Source: Oceanospirillaceae bacterium (GTDB lineage Bacteria > Pseudomonadota > Gammaproteobacteria > Pseudomonadales > Balneatricaceae). Taken from it: 64,000 nucleotides of DNA. Shown piece after piece: positions 41,080 to 50,108 of this stretch. The notes beneath the pieces are model-generated. The model had not been told where the DNA came from. It worked only from the letters and a program-made list of their open reading frames with translations, and made no database searches. Where the stretch lies: assembly GCA_024640955.1 (NCBI GenBank), contig JAHEDZ010000001.1, positions 21,393-85,392 of the forward strand. Direction: 5' to 3'. The translations under genes were made by a program, and so were the position numbers. Numbering within the stretch: the first letter of the stretch is position 1; every line of letters begins with the position of its first letter.

Positions 41080-42117
41080 ATGCTCTACGACCTAGCCCGT
41101 TCCCTAATGTTCCGTATGGATGCCGAGAAGTCGCACGACCTGGCGCTGGCCAGCATGAACTATGCTGCTGAGTTTGGTCTGCCGCGCCTGATGGGTGCTC
41201 AGAAGGTTGAGGCGCCGGTGGATGTGATGGGCATTCGCTTCCCCAATGCTGTTGGCCTTGCGGCGGGTCTGGATAAGAACGCAGCCGCGATCGACGGAAT
41301 GGCGGCCATGGGGTTTGGCTTTGTTGAGGTGGGTACGGTAACGCCGCGTCCACAACCAGGTAACCCGAAACCGCGCCTTTTCCGCATCCCTGAGCACAGT
41401 GCCATCATCAACCGCATGGGCTTCAATAACTTGGGTGTTGATCATATGATCGCCAATATCGAGAAGGCCAACTATAAAGGCGTGCTCGGTATCAATATTG
41501 GTAAGAACAAGGATACCCCAAACGAGAATGCGGCGGACGACTACCTGCTCTGTATGCGTAAGGTCTACCCGCATGCGAGCTACATTACGGTCAATATCTC
41601 TTCGCCCAATACACCAGGGCTGCGCAGCCTGCAGGAGGGCGATAGCCTCAATCAGCTGCTAGATGCGCTAAAGACGGAACAGGCGCGCCTGTGCGGTATT
41701 CACGGCCGCTACGTGCCGGTAGCGGTAAAGATTGCCCCTGATATGGATGAGGCGGGTTTTGTTGCCACAGCGGGTGCGCTGAAAAGCTTTGAGATGGATG
41801 CGGTTATTGCTACCAACACAACGATTGGACGTGAAGGTGTGGAGGGCTCCGCAGTTTCTCAAGAGGCGGGCGGCCTCAGCGGTGCGCCGGTACGCAACTT
41901 GTCGACTCAGGCGATTCAGATGCTCGCCGCGGAGCTCAATGGTGCGCTGCCGATTATCGGTGTCGGTGGTATCACAGAGGGCTTTGATGCCGTAGAGAAG
42001 ATCGAGGCGGGCGCAAGCTTGGTACAGCTCTATACGGGCTTTATCTACCGAGGACCTAAGTTGGTGCGCGAGTGTTCTGAAGCGATTCGCGATAGAGCAA
42101 CGATGAGAGCCAGCTGA
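41080..42117 (+). CDS. pyrD: Dihydroorotate dehydrogenase (quinone), class 2
   Basis: 345 aa. [32 protein letters not shown] and GVGGI motifs. Confidence 0.95.
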   Translation: MLYDLARSLMFRMDAEKSHDLALASMNYAAEFGLPRLMGAQKVEAPVDVMGIRFPNAVGLAAGLDKNAAAIDGMAAMGFGFVEVGTVTPRPQPGNPKPRLFRIPEHSAIINRMGFNNLGVDHMIANIEKANYKGVLGINIGKNKDTPNENAADDYLLCMRKVYPHASYITVNISSPNTPGLRSLQEGDSLNQLLDALKTEQARLCGIHGRYVPVAVKIAPDMDEAGFVATAGALKSFEMDAVIATNTTIGREGVEGSAVSQEAGGLSGAPVRNLSTQAIQMLAAELNGALPIIGVGGITEGFDAVEKIEAGASLVQLYTGFIYRGPKLVRECSEAIRDRATMRAS

Positions 42118-42160
42118 GTTCAACCTGCTCAGAACGGATCAGAACGGCCCAGAACGTAGA

Positions 42161-42193
42161 CGGCTCCCTGAGGGGAGCCGCTTTTCTTTGTTT
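42161..42193 (+). terminator. Rho-independent terminator of pyrD
   Basis: CGGCTCCC-tgag-GGGAGCCG followed by CTTTTCTTTGTTT. Confidence 0.75.
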
Positions 42194-42209
42194 AGGTTGA
42201 GAATTTTAG

Positions 42210-42416
42210 TTAGTGCAAGGCCGGGTTGGCCTGTATAGCAGAAACGCCGGACATTCCGCTCCAGTGGGCATCTCTGCCCTCGCGCCAGCCGTTCATCCAA
42301 TAACTTCGAAGATCCGTTGATTCCACGGGGCAGTCAGACTGTGATTTCCCCTCCAAACCAGCGGTAAAACCACGCTTGTATAGGGTAGAGCTACGATCTC
42401 GTTTCTGTTTTCTCAT
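42210..42416 (-). CDS. rmf: Ribosome modulation factor
   Basis: MRKQKRDR...YKRGFTAGLEG.....CP......RS.WMNGWREG parallels E. coli RMF. Confidence 0.9.
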   Translation of the reverse strand: MRKQKRDRSSTLYKRGFTAGLEGKSQSDCPVESTDLRSYWMNGWREGRDAHWSGMSGVSAIQANPALH

Positions 42417-42687
42417 AAACAACGCCTCTTTTTTTGATCGTTCTTGGGTAGACTTAGGCTACCCACGGCGGCAGGCGAAAATGATCGCCTACACTCTATT
42501 TCTAACTGAAAAAGTGAGGGTGTGCGATTTAAAAATGCTATCTGTAACAGAGCTGCAATAAATTCGTCACTTTCGCACAAGCAAAATAGACAAGCTTTTC
42601 AGCAGCTTAGCGCCTGGTTTCGAACCTGTGTAAAATAGCTGAAATATATTCAACTTTGGGCGTTTTAGCGCGTCTTGCGAGGCAAAT

Positions 42688-44847
42688 TTGGAACTTTTTA
42701 TCACCTGCCCCAAGGGCTTAGAGGAGCCTCTATTTGAGGAACTTAAACTTCTGGGCGCAACTTCACTCAAGCTGACTCAAGCGGGGGTGAGGGTAGAGTC
42801 GGATCTGGAATTTGCTTATCGCGCCTGCCTCTGGTCACGCCTGGCGAATCGCGTTCTTCTACTACTTGATCTGGTACCAGCAGCCGATGCTGAAGCTCTA
42901 TACGATGGTGTGTATGCGATCGACTGGCTGGCGCATCTGCGCCCTGAAGGTACCTTGACGGTCGACTTTAACGGCCGCTCTGATGCCATCAATAACACTC
43001 ACTTCGGTGCGCTGAAGGTTAAGGATGCGATTGTCGATGCGGTACGGGATAAAACGGGTAGCCGCCCTTCGGTGGAGCGCAAGCACCCGGACCTGCGCAT
43101 CAACGTGCACCTCAAGCGCGAACAGGCGCAGATCGCTATCGACCTCTCGGGTGAGAGTCTGCACCGACGCGGTTACCGTCTGCTGGCCGGTGCTGCGCCG
43201 ATGAAAGAGAACCTTGCGGCCGCTATTTTGGCTCGATCGGGTGTTAAGACCGGGGCGAGTGACTTGCCTGATCTCATACTCGATCCTATGTGTGGCTCAG
43301 GTACGCTGCTGACAGAGGCGGCGATGATTTTGGCGGATATTGCCCCAGGGCTTAAACGGCGCCAGTTCGGTTTTGACCGCTGGGTGCAGCATGAGGCCCC
43401 CCTATGGAACCTGCTCCGAGAGGAGGCGCAGGCGCGCCGTGAAGCGGGCTTAGCGCAGACTCTGCCGCAGCTGCGCGGCTATGACGCGGACGCGCAGGTG
43501 TTGGATAGGGCACGAGCTAACGCCGCTGAACTCGGAATTGAACACTTAATCAAACTCGAGCGCTGTGATCTTGCGAATTTAACAGCGCCTCAGGCTGACG
43601 CCGGCTTAGTTATTAGTAACCCGCCTTACGGTGAGCGCTTAGGCGAGCAGTCGAGCCTACGCTTTCTCTATGCCGAACTTGGAACCTTCTTAAAAACTCA
43701 ATGCGGTGGCTGGAAAGCGGCTGTATTCACCTCTAACCCAGAGCTTGGTAAGGTGATGGGATTGCGCGCTGATAAGATCTATAAGCTCTTTAATGGCGCG
43801 CTTCCCAGCCAACTGTTGCTCTTTGCGGTCTTCTCGCAACAGCAGCGAGCAGAGGTAGAGACCGAGAGAGAAGCGGCTCGAGGGGAGCAGGGCGAGCAAT
43901 CTGCGCAGATCTCCGAGCAGGCGCAGATGCTCGAGAACCGTTTGCGCAAAAACCTCAAGGCACTTGCACGCTGGGTAAAGCGTGAGCAGTTGGAGGCGTA
44001 CCGTGTCTATGATGCCGATTTGCCTGAGTATGCAGTGGCGATTGATCGCTATGGCGAGCAGCTCGTTATTCAGGAGTATGCTCCGCCGGCCTCGGTGGAT
44101 CCGGTCAAAGCTTTTCGCCGCCTACAAGATGCAGTCAACGTCGTCGGGCGCGTATTCGAAGTTGGTGCGGACAAAATCATACTGAAACAGCGCAAGCGTC
44201 AGGCGGGTGCTGACCAGTACCAACGCCAAGCGCAGCAAGGGCGCACCGATTTAGTGCGTGAGCACGGTTGTCTGTTTGAGGTCAATCTGCGTGACTTCCT
44301 CGATACCGGGCTGTTCCTTGATCACCGTCCGGTACGCAAACGCATCCAGGAGCTCTCTAAGGGCAAGGATGTCTTGAACCTCTTCTGTTACACCGCGACG
44401 GCTAGTGTGCACGCCGCGGTCGGCGGCGCTAACTCAGTCACCAGTGTCGATATGTCAGCGACTTACCTCGAGTGGGCGCAGCGTAACTTTGCGCTTAACA
44501 AGCTTGAGGGACCTCAGTATCAGTTCGTTCAAGCCGACTGCATGCAGTGGCTTGATCGTCCGCGACGCGAGCGTTTCCACCTTATTTTCATGGATCCCCC
44601 AACTTTCTCCAACTCCAAGCGAATGCAGGATGTCCTCGATGTGCAGCGGGATCATCAGTTCTTGGTGCGCAGCGCAATGGGGCTGCTGAAACCGGGCGGT
44701 CTGCTGATCTTTTCGAACAACTATCGCCGTTTCAAAATGGACTATGAAGGGCTTTCTGAGTTCAGTATCCAAGAGATCACGCCAAAGACGATCGATCAGG
44801 ATTTTAAGCGCAACGCGAAGATCCATGTCTGCTTTGATATTCAGTAA
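42688..44847 (+). CDS. rlmL: Bifunctional 23S rRNA m2G2445 / m7G2069 methyltransferase
   Basis: 719 aa. THUMP N-domain, DPMCGSGTLL, NPPYGERL, and a C-terminal second SAM methyltransferase (DPPTFSNSK). TTG start. Confidence 0.92.
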   Translation: MELFITCPKGLEEPLFEELKLLGATSLKLTQAGVRVESDLEFAYRACLWSRLANRVLLLLDLVPAADAEALYDGVYAIDWLAHLRPEGTLTVDFNGRSDAINNTHFGALKVKDAIVDAVRDKTGSRPSVERKHPDLRINVHLKREQAQIAIDLSGESLHRRGYRLLAGAAPMKENLAAAILARSGVKTGASDLPDLILDPMCGSGTLLTEAAMILADIAPGLKRRQFGFDRWVQHEAPLWNLLREEAQARREAGLAQTLPQLRGYDADAQVLDRARANAAELGIEHLIKLERCDLANLTAPQADAGLVISNPPYGERLGEQSSLRFLYAELGTFLKTQCGGWKAAVFTSNPELGKVMGLRADKIYKLFNGALPSQLLLFAVFSQQQRAEVETEREAARGEQGEQSAQISEQAQMLENRLRKNLKALARWVKREQLEAYRVYDADLPEYAVAIDRYGEQLVIQEYAPPASVDPVKAFRRLQDAVNVVGRVFEVGADKIILKQRKRQAGADQYQRQAQQGRTDLVREHGCLFEVNLRDFLDTGLFLDHRPVRKRIQELSKGKDVLNLFCYTATASVHAAVGGANSVTSVDMSATYLEWAQRNFALNKLEGPQYQFVQADCMQWLDRPRRERFHLIFMDPPTFSNSKRMQDVLDVQRDHQFLVRSAMGLLKPGGLLIFSNNYRRFKMDYEGLSEFSIQEITPKTIDQDFKRNAKIHVCFDIQ

Positions 44848-44890
44848 GGCGAATAAGGTAATTGACTGATTTAAAAGATAAATTTCCATC

Positions 44891-44906
44891 TGGCACACTG
44901 ATTGCG
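44891..44906 (+). promoter_or_regulatory. Candidate sigma-54 (-24/-12) promoter upstream of amt
   Basis: TGGCAC-actga-TTGCG fits TGGCAC-N5-TTGCW except at the last base. 44 nt after the rlmL stop. Confidence 0.5.
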
Positions 44907-44930
44907 TTTCTGGTGCAGTCCTAGCGGGAT

Positions 44931-44947
44931 TGCATCAAATTGGTGCA
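44931..44947. promoter_or_regulatory. NtrC-like palindrome 1
   Basis: TGCATC-aaatt-GGTGCA matches 11 of 12 half-site bases of TGCACC-N5-GGTGCA. Confidence 0.45.
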
Positions 44948-45044
44948 CAGGGAATGCGGTGCTAACTCATTGTTTTTAAATGAAATAGCAGCGTTAGGAC
45001 CGCCGTAGTTAGTTCAGCTCGGAGCTGATCAAGACTCAATTTAA

Positions 45045-45061
45045 TGCACCAAAAGAGTGCG
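45045..45061. promoter_or_regulatory. NtrC-like palindrome 2 (weaker)
   Basis: TGCACC-aaaag-AGTGCG matches 10 of 12 half-site bases. Confidence 0.3.
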
Positions 45062-45108
45062 TGCGGATGTTAAAAGCGCCCTTGTGGTGCAATTTAGGAG
45101 AATTTAAC

Positions 45109-46317
45109 GTGGAAACAGTAAACAGCGCCGTCGAAACGCTGATGCAGAGTGCCAACACACTCTTCATTCTGATGGGTGCCATCATGGTATTTGCGATGCA
45201 CGCAGGCTTCGCATTTCTTGAAGTTGGTACCGTACGTCACAAAAACCAGGTCAACGCCCTGGTTAAGATCATGACCGACTTCGGTGTTTCTGCCGTGGTC
45301 TACTTCTTCATCGGCTACTACGTCGCATATGACGTGACCTTCTTCAGCGATGCGGCAACGCTGGCTGAGGGCAGCGGTTACGACCTGGTTAAGTTCTTCT
45401 TCCTGATGACTTTCGCGGCAGCTATCCCTGCGATTATCTCTGGTGGTGTCGCTGAGCGCGCGCGGTTCTACCCTATGCTGGTCGCTGCAGCGTTTTGTGT
45501 GGCGCTAGTCTACCCCTTCTTTGAGGGCATGATCTGGAACGGTAACTACGGCTTCCAGGGTTGGTTGGAAGAGAGCTTTGGTGCAGGCTTCCATGACTTT
45601 GCCGGTTCTGTTGTAGTCCACGCTGTGGGTGGCTGGATTGGTCTGGCTGCAGTCCTGGTACTGGGCTCACGTAACGGCCGTTACCGTAACGATCGTGTTA
45701 TCGCGTTCCCACCTTCTAACATCCCATTCCTGGCACTGGGTGCGTGGATCCTCTGTATCGGTTGGTTTGGCTTCAACGTCATGTCGGCTCAGACGCTAGA
45801 TGGTATCTCTGGCCTGGTTGCTGTGAACAGCCTGATGGCGATGGTTGGAGGTATCCTTACTGCAACTCTGCTGGGTAAAAATGACCCAGGCTTCATCCAC
45901 AACGGTCCGCTGGCGGGTCTTGTGGCTATCTGTGCCGGTTCTGACATTCTGCACCCAATCGGTGCGTTGGTTGTTGGTGGTGTCGCGGGTGCGCTGTTTG
46001 TTTGGATGTTCACTATGGCGCAGAACAAGTGGAAAATCGATGACGTGTTGGGTGTATGGCCACTGCACGGTATCTGTGGTGTTTGGGGCGGTCTAGCTGC
46101 TGGTATCTTCGGTGCAGAAGCGCTTGGCGGTCTGGGTGGCGTAAGCTTCATGTCACAGCTTATCGGTACTGCTGCAGGTGTTGCGGTAGCGCTGGTAGGC
46201 GGTTTAATCGTTTACACTGTGGTCAACAAAGTTGCCGGTATTCGCCTCTCTGAGGAGGAAGAGTTCCGCGGTGCTGACCTTTCGATTCACCGTATCGAAG
46301 CTTCGTCTAACGACTAA
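45109..46317 (+). CDS. amt: Ammonium transporter (Amt family)
   Basis: About 402 aa, 11 or more TM segments. FAMHAGFAFLEVG, DFAGSVVVHAVGG and WPLHGICGVWG motifs. GTG at 45109 with AGGAG 8 nt upstream. Confidence 0.9.
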   Translation: METVNSAVETLMQSANTLFILMGAIMVFAMHAGFAFLEVGTVRHKNQVNALVKIMTDFGVSAVVYFFIGYYVAYDVTFFSDAATLAEGSGYDLVKFFFLMTFAAAIPAIISGGVAERARFYPMLVAAAFCVALVYPFFEGMIWNGNYGFQGWLEESFGAGFHDFAGSVVVHAVGGWIGLAAVLVLGSRNGRYRNDRVIAFPPSNIPFLALGAWILCIGWFGFNVMSAQTLDGISGLVAVNSLMAMVGGILTATLLGKNDPGFIHNGPLAGLVAICAGSDILHPIGALVVGGVAGALFVWMFTMAQNKWKIDDVLGVWPLHGICGVWGGLAAGIFGAEALGGLGGVSFMSQLIGTAAGVAVALVGGLIVYTVVNKVAGIRLSEEEEFRGADLSIHRIEASSND

Positions 46318-46334
46318 GCTTCAATGAAACTCAG

Positions 46335-46364
46335 AAAGGCAGCCGGATGGCTGCCTTTTTTGTT
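46335..46364 (+). terminator. Rho-independent terminator of amt
   Basis: AAAGGCAGCC-ggat-GGCTGCCTTT followed by TTTGTTT. Confidence 0.8.
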
Positions 46365-46395
46365 TAGCCCTTTGGTTCTGTGGAGCGGCATCCGT

Positions 46396-46492
46396 GTAGG
46401 AGGGCTGTAGCGCAGAGCGCTATTGCCGACCAACTGAGAGTTAGTCCGCGGCTCGATGTCGGGTAATACCACTGCGTGGTACAGCCCTCCTA
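46396..46492. repeat. Intergenic palindromic mosaic element, copy D (best-preserved reference copy)
   Basis: GTAGGAGGGCTGTAGCGC-aga-GCGCTATTGCCGAC...GTCGGGTAATACCAC-tgc-GTGGTACAGCCCTCCTA. The two arms are inverted copies of one another around a core of about 30 nt. Confidence 0.7.
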
Positions 46493-46579
46493 AAGAAACT
46501 ACATAAGCGCTTCCCAGACGCAAATGGCGATTGTTTGAGGTTTTGACCTACACTGTTGGTTATAGAAGAAGGAGTAATC

Positions 46580-47484
46580 ATGCGATTCGATCTCTGGCTG
46601 CCATTACTGAGCCTGGTTACCGCCGTCCACGCACTTGCCGAGCCCCTTAAGCGTGTTGAAGTGGCTGAAAATGTCTATGCGATTGTCGGTCCGCTCGAAC
46701 AGCGCTCCATGGGAAATTTAGGCAACAATGCAACCTTCGGCTTTTTTGTGACCGCTGAGGGCGTCGTACTCGTCGACTCGGGGGGTACCCTGCAGGGAGC
46801 CCAGGCGCTTGAGCAGCAGGTTCGTGAGGACCGATAAAGTGGGTAATCAACACGGGTGGACAGGATCACCGCGGGTTCGGTAATCACTACTTTACGTCAC
46901 AGGGTGCGCAAACCATTGCCGCTAGCGCAACCGTAAAAGATCAGATAGCTCTAGAGTCGCAAAGGGTAGAGCGTATGCGCTCGAATGTGCAGGGTGCCTG
47001 GGAGGGTACGCAGCCTGAACCTGCTCGTGAGCAGATAAAAGCGGCCACTCAATTTGAGTTAGGGGGTGTGAGTTTTTCAGTGATTCCACTTGGGCCGACG
47101 CACACATCCAATGAAAGCTTGGTCTGGTTGGAGCAGGACGCAGTACTGTTCAGCGGTGATTCGGTCTATGTTGAGCGAATGCTTAATGTGGGACCGCAGT
47201 CTCAGCACCGGCCCTGGATTGAGGCATTTACCACAATTGAAGCTCTCAATCCAAAGGTGTTGGTGCCGGGGCACGGCCATCCAACGACGCTGAAGGTGGC
47301 ACAGCGCGACACCCGCGACTACTTGGTCTACTTGCGTGAGCAGGTTGCTGAGCTATTAGATGCTGGTAGCGACATTCAGTCGGTCAATACAATCGATCAG
47401 AGTCGCTTTAGCTATCTAGCGGCCTATGAAGAGCTTCATGGCCGCAATGCTCAGCGTGTTTATGAAGAGATGGAGTGGGAGTAG
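46580..47484 (+). pseudogene. Secreted MBL-fold protein gene disrupted by a frameshift
   Basis: ORFs 46556-46837 and 46975-47484 belong to one MBL-fold protein. The downstream frame is open from 46828 (GPIKWVINTGGQDHRGFGNHYF...), so a -1 shift within 46828-46834 joins them. Confidence 0.65.
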
Positions 47485-47534
47485 AGACTGCTCTCAGCCT
47501 CTCCACGCTCTACAATCTACAATGGCTCAGGTTC

Positions 47535-50108
47535 TTAGCTCGCCTCGATTCGTGCTTTTGCTGCAGTAATTAAGCTGTCTCGGGTGAAGGGTTTCTTCAA
47601 CAGCGGAGCGTTGAACTTTGCCGTAAGACGCTCCAGACCTTGGTCATAACCTGATGCAAACATGAAGGGCACGCCCACACGAGCGAGCTCTTCGGCTATA
47701 GGTTCGCTGGTCTCTACTCCGAGGTTTACGTCGAGAATCGCGAAAGTCAGTTCGCCGCGGGCGATAATCTGCATGGCGGATGCCACACTCGATGCTAAGT
47801 GAACCTGGCTGAACCCCATCTCTGCCATCGTCGTCTCCTCATCAATGGCGATAATCATGTTGTCCTCTACAATCAGAACTGCGCCTAGATCACTACCCGT
47901 AACTTCTGCAGTGGGACTAGGCACTGAGCTTGCCTCGATGTTCTGGGCTGACGCACTACCATCCACTTGAGCGTTACTGTCATAAGTGAAGTGTTTGTTC
48001 GGTACTAAGAAGCGAGCTTGTAAGCCGTCTCGCGTCACTTTGTGCTCCGCTTCGCCACTGAGGTCCAGTGGTATCGCTCGTTCAATGATGAGTGAACCGA
48101 AGCCCCGACGCTCAGGCGGCTTCTCAACAGTCACACCCGACTCGGACCAGTTAAGCTCCAGGTTTAGGTGATGATCTAATGCCCAGCTAAAGTTGATGGT
48201 TCCGGTCGGGGTGGAGAGTGCTCCGTGCTTGATCGCATTGGTGATCAGTTCGTGTATCAGCAGGGTCATCGTGGTGTAGGCTTTGGGTGTCAGCAAAATC
48301 TCGGGTCCGGAGGCTTTGATACGATCCTGACCGTCGACGAAGGCGTTAAGCTCGGTCTCTAAAAGGGTGCTAAATGGTGTGTTGTTCCAGTTGCGCTCTG
48401 TTAGCTGGTTCTGCGCCAGTGCGAGTGCTTGAATACGACCGGCTAATATACCCTTGAACTCGTCGACAGTTTCAACCGATGTGGCCGTTTGGCCCACAAT
48501 AGAGTTAATGAGGCCCAGGATATTGCGCACACGGTGATTGAGCTCGTGGATCAACATATCCTGCTGGTCTTGCGCTTCAGAGGCGATTTTGTTGCGCTCA
48601 TCAATATTGCGTACAACGAGCTCGAGTAGTGTCCCTTTCAGTTCGTTGGCGAGGTTCAGGTCCTGCGGTGTCCAGGGGCGGCAGAAACCCTCCCTGAGCA
48701 TATTCCAGGCTGCGAAACTTTTACGAGGTGTCAGGCGTGAACCATTAGGCCCAAGTTCAACTGGTTTCTCGGGGTTACCCGCCCATTTAACCTCAGTCGT
48801 CTCTTCGCGGCGCAGAAACATCAGTAGGTCACGCGGGCGTTTAGAGATCGGAACCGCTAAAAGACCAGCGAACCGCTCAGCTACAGTAGCGTCAGTATCC
48901 AGCCAGTTTCCGAGATTCTCCACCGCGGTCACTTTAGTGGTGGCCTGTCTATTGAGGCGCTTAACCAACAGATCGATATCCTCCGAGCTAACGGGATCAC
49001 CCACAACCGAGCGTTCGCCATCAATTGAGAGCACCAGTGAGTCGCACGCAATCAATGACTTTATTTTTGGCGAGAAGGCAGACAGGTTTGCGAATAGTGC
49101 CAGGCTCGGATCTAGCCCCGCCATCATCTGCATATGCAGTTTTTGAGCTCCACCTGTGCCTAGGCTCGCCGCATTGTTAAGTTCACTGCGCAGTGCCAGC
49201 GCAAAGCTCTCGGCATAGAGCTCCGCATGTGTTTTGAGGGCCGTTGAACAATCCCGCTTGGAGTAGTGGTGGCAAGCGATCAATCCCCATAGCTCGCCAT
49301 CAATCAGAATGCTGATTGATAGTGAGGCTTGCACGCCCATGTTACGCAGATACTCAATATGTATCGGTGAGACTGTGCGCAGCGTTGATAGTGATAGGTC
49401 CAGATCCGCATCGTGAGGGGTGATCTCGACACCCGGGTCGTCGATGTCTGGAATCACTCTAAGCACAGAACGTTTATAGAGTGCCCGCGCCTGTTGTGGG
49501 ATATCTGAGGGTGGGTAGCGCAGCCCCATGAACGAGTCAACGTCAGACATTCGGTGCTCTGCTATGACCTCTCCCGATCCATCAGGGTGAAATTTGTAGA
49601 TCATAACGCGATCGAAACCGATCATCTGCCCAACTGAGCTAGCCGCCTGATGGCAAAGTTTGTCGACGCCGTCCGCTTTTGCGAGTTGGCGCAGGGCGCC
49701 GCGCAGACTGTCGGTGTAGTCTGCTGCTACAGCGACCTCATCGCTTGGCGCAAACTCAAGTATGAGAACCTCGTGGCTAAAGTGGACCGTCAGATCGTAC
49801 TCCTTGTTATCGACGAAGAGCGCAACTCCTAACAGTCGCTCGAGCTGGTCCTCATCCTCAAGGCGGTTGACCAGTTTGGTCAGTGCTGAGACCGATGCTT
49901 GCGTAAGCAGGTCGTTTAGCGGCGCACCAAGAATGCTCTCTGCGGATTTATGCGCCATGGCTGGCACATTATCGGAGTGTGCGATCACCAGCCAGTCGGC
50001 ACTTAGCGCCAGTAGGCCACCTCCGGAGTGCACCTTGCCGAGTAGATGTATCGGCTCCTGGTCGCAGGTGGAGAGGTTATATTTCATCGGTTCTACAGAG
50101 GTATTCAC
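47535..50108 (-). CDS. bphP: Bacteriophytochrome: PAS-GAF-PHY photosensory core + HWE/HisKA_2 histidine kinase + C-terminal receiver
   Basis: N-terminal LSTCDQEPIH (biliverdin Cys). GAF motifs YPPSDIPQQAR and SPIHIEYLRNMGVQASLSISI. H-box HELNHRVRNIL. W-x-E (NWSESG). Receiver LIVEDN...ILDVNLG. GTG start overlaps the upstream stop. Confidence 0.9.
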   Translation of the reverse strand: MNTSVEPMKYNLSTCDQEPIHLLGKVHSGGGLLALSADWLVIAHSDNVPAMAHKSAESILGAPLNDLLTQASVSALTKLVNRLEDEDQLERLLGVALFVDNKEYDLTVHFSHEVLILEFAPSDEVAVAADYTDSLRGALRQLAKADGVDKLCHQAASSVGQMIGFDRVMIYKFHPDGSGEVIAEHRMSDVDSFMGLRYPPSDIPQQARALYKRSVLRVIPDIDDPGVEITPHDADLDLSLSTLRTVSPIHIEYLRNMGVQASLSISILIDGELWGLIACHHYSKRDCSTALKTHAELYAESFALALRSELNNAASLGTGGAQKLHMQMMAGLDPSLALFANLSAFSPKIKSLIACDSLVLSIDGERSVVGDPVSSEDIDLLVKRLNRQATTKVTAVENLGNWLDTDATVAERFAGLLAVPISKRPRDLLMFLRREETTEVKWAGNPEKPVELGPNGSRLTPRKSFAAWNMLREGFCRPWTPQDLNLANELKGTLLELVVRNIDERNKIASEAQDQQDMLIHELNHRVRNILGLINSIVGQTATSVETVDEFKGILAGRIQALALAQNQLTERNWNNTPFSTLLETELNAFVDGQDRIKASGPEILLTPKAYTTMTLLIHELITNAIKHGALSTPTGTINFSWALDHHLNLELNWSESGVTVEKPPERRGFGSLIIERAIPLDLSGEAEHKVTRDGLQARFLVPNKHFTYDSNAQVDGSASAQNIEASSVPSPTAEVTGSDLGAVLIVEDNMIIAIDEETTMAEMGFSQVHLASSVASAMQIIARGELTFAILDVNLGVETSEPIAEELARVGVPFMFASGYDQGLERLTAKFNAPLLKKPFTRDSLITAAKARIEAS

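Noticed and set aside
40709-41353. 214-aa minus-strand ORF (Pro/Gln/Ser-rich)
   Set aside because: It is antisense to the pyrD 5' region and to the DUF2835-like frame. It has low-complexity composition and no motifs. It is probably a shadow ORF.
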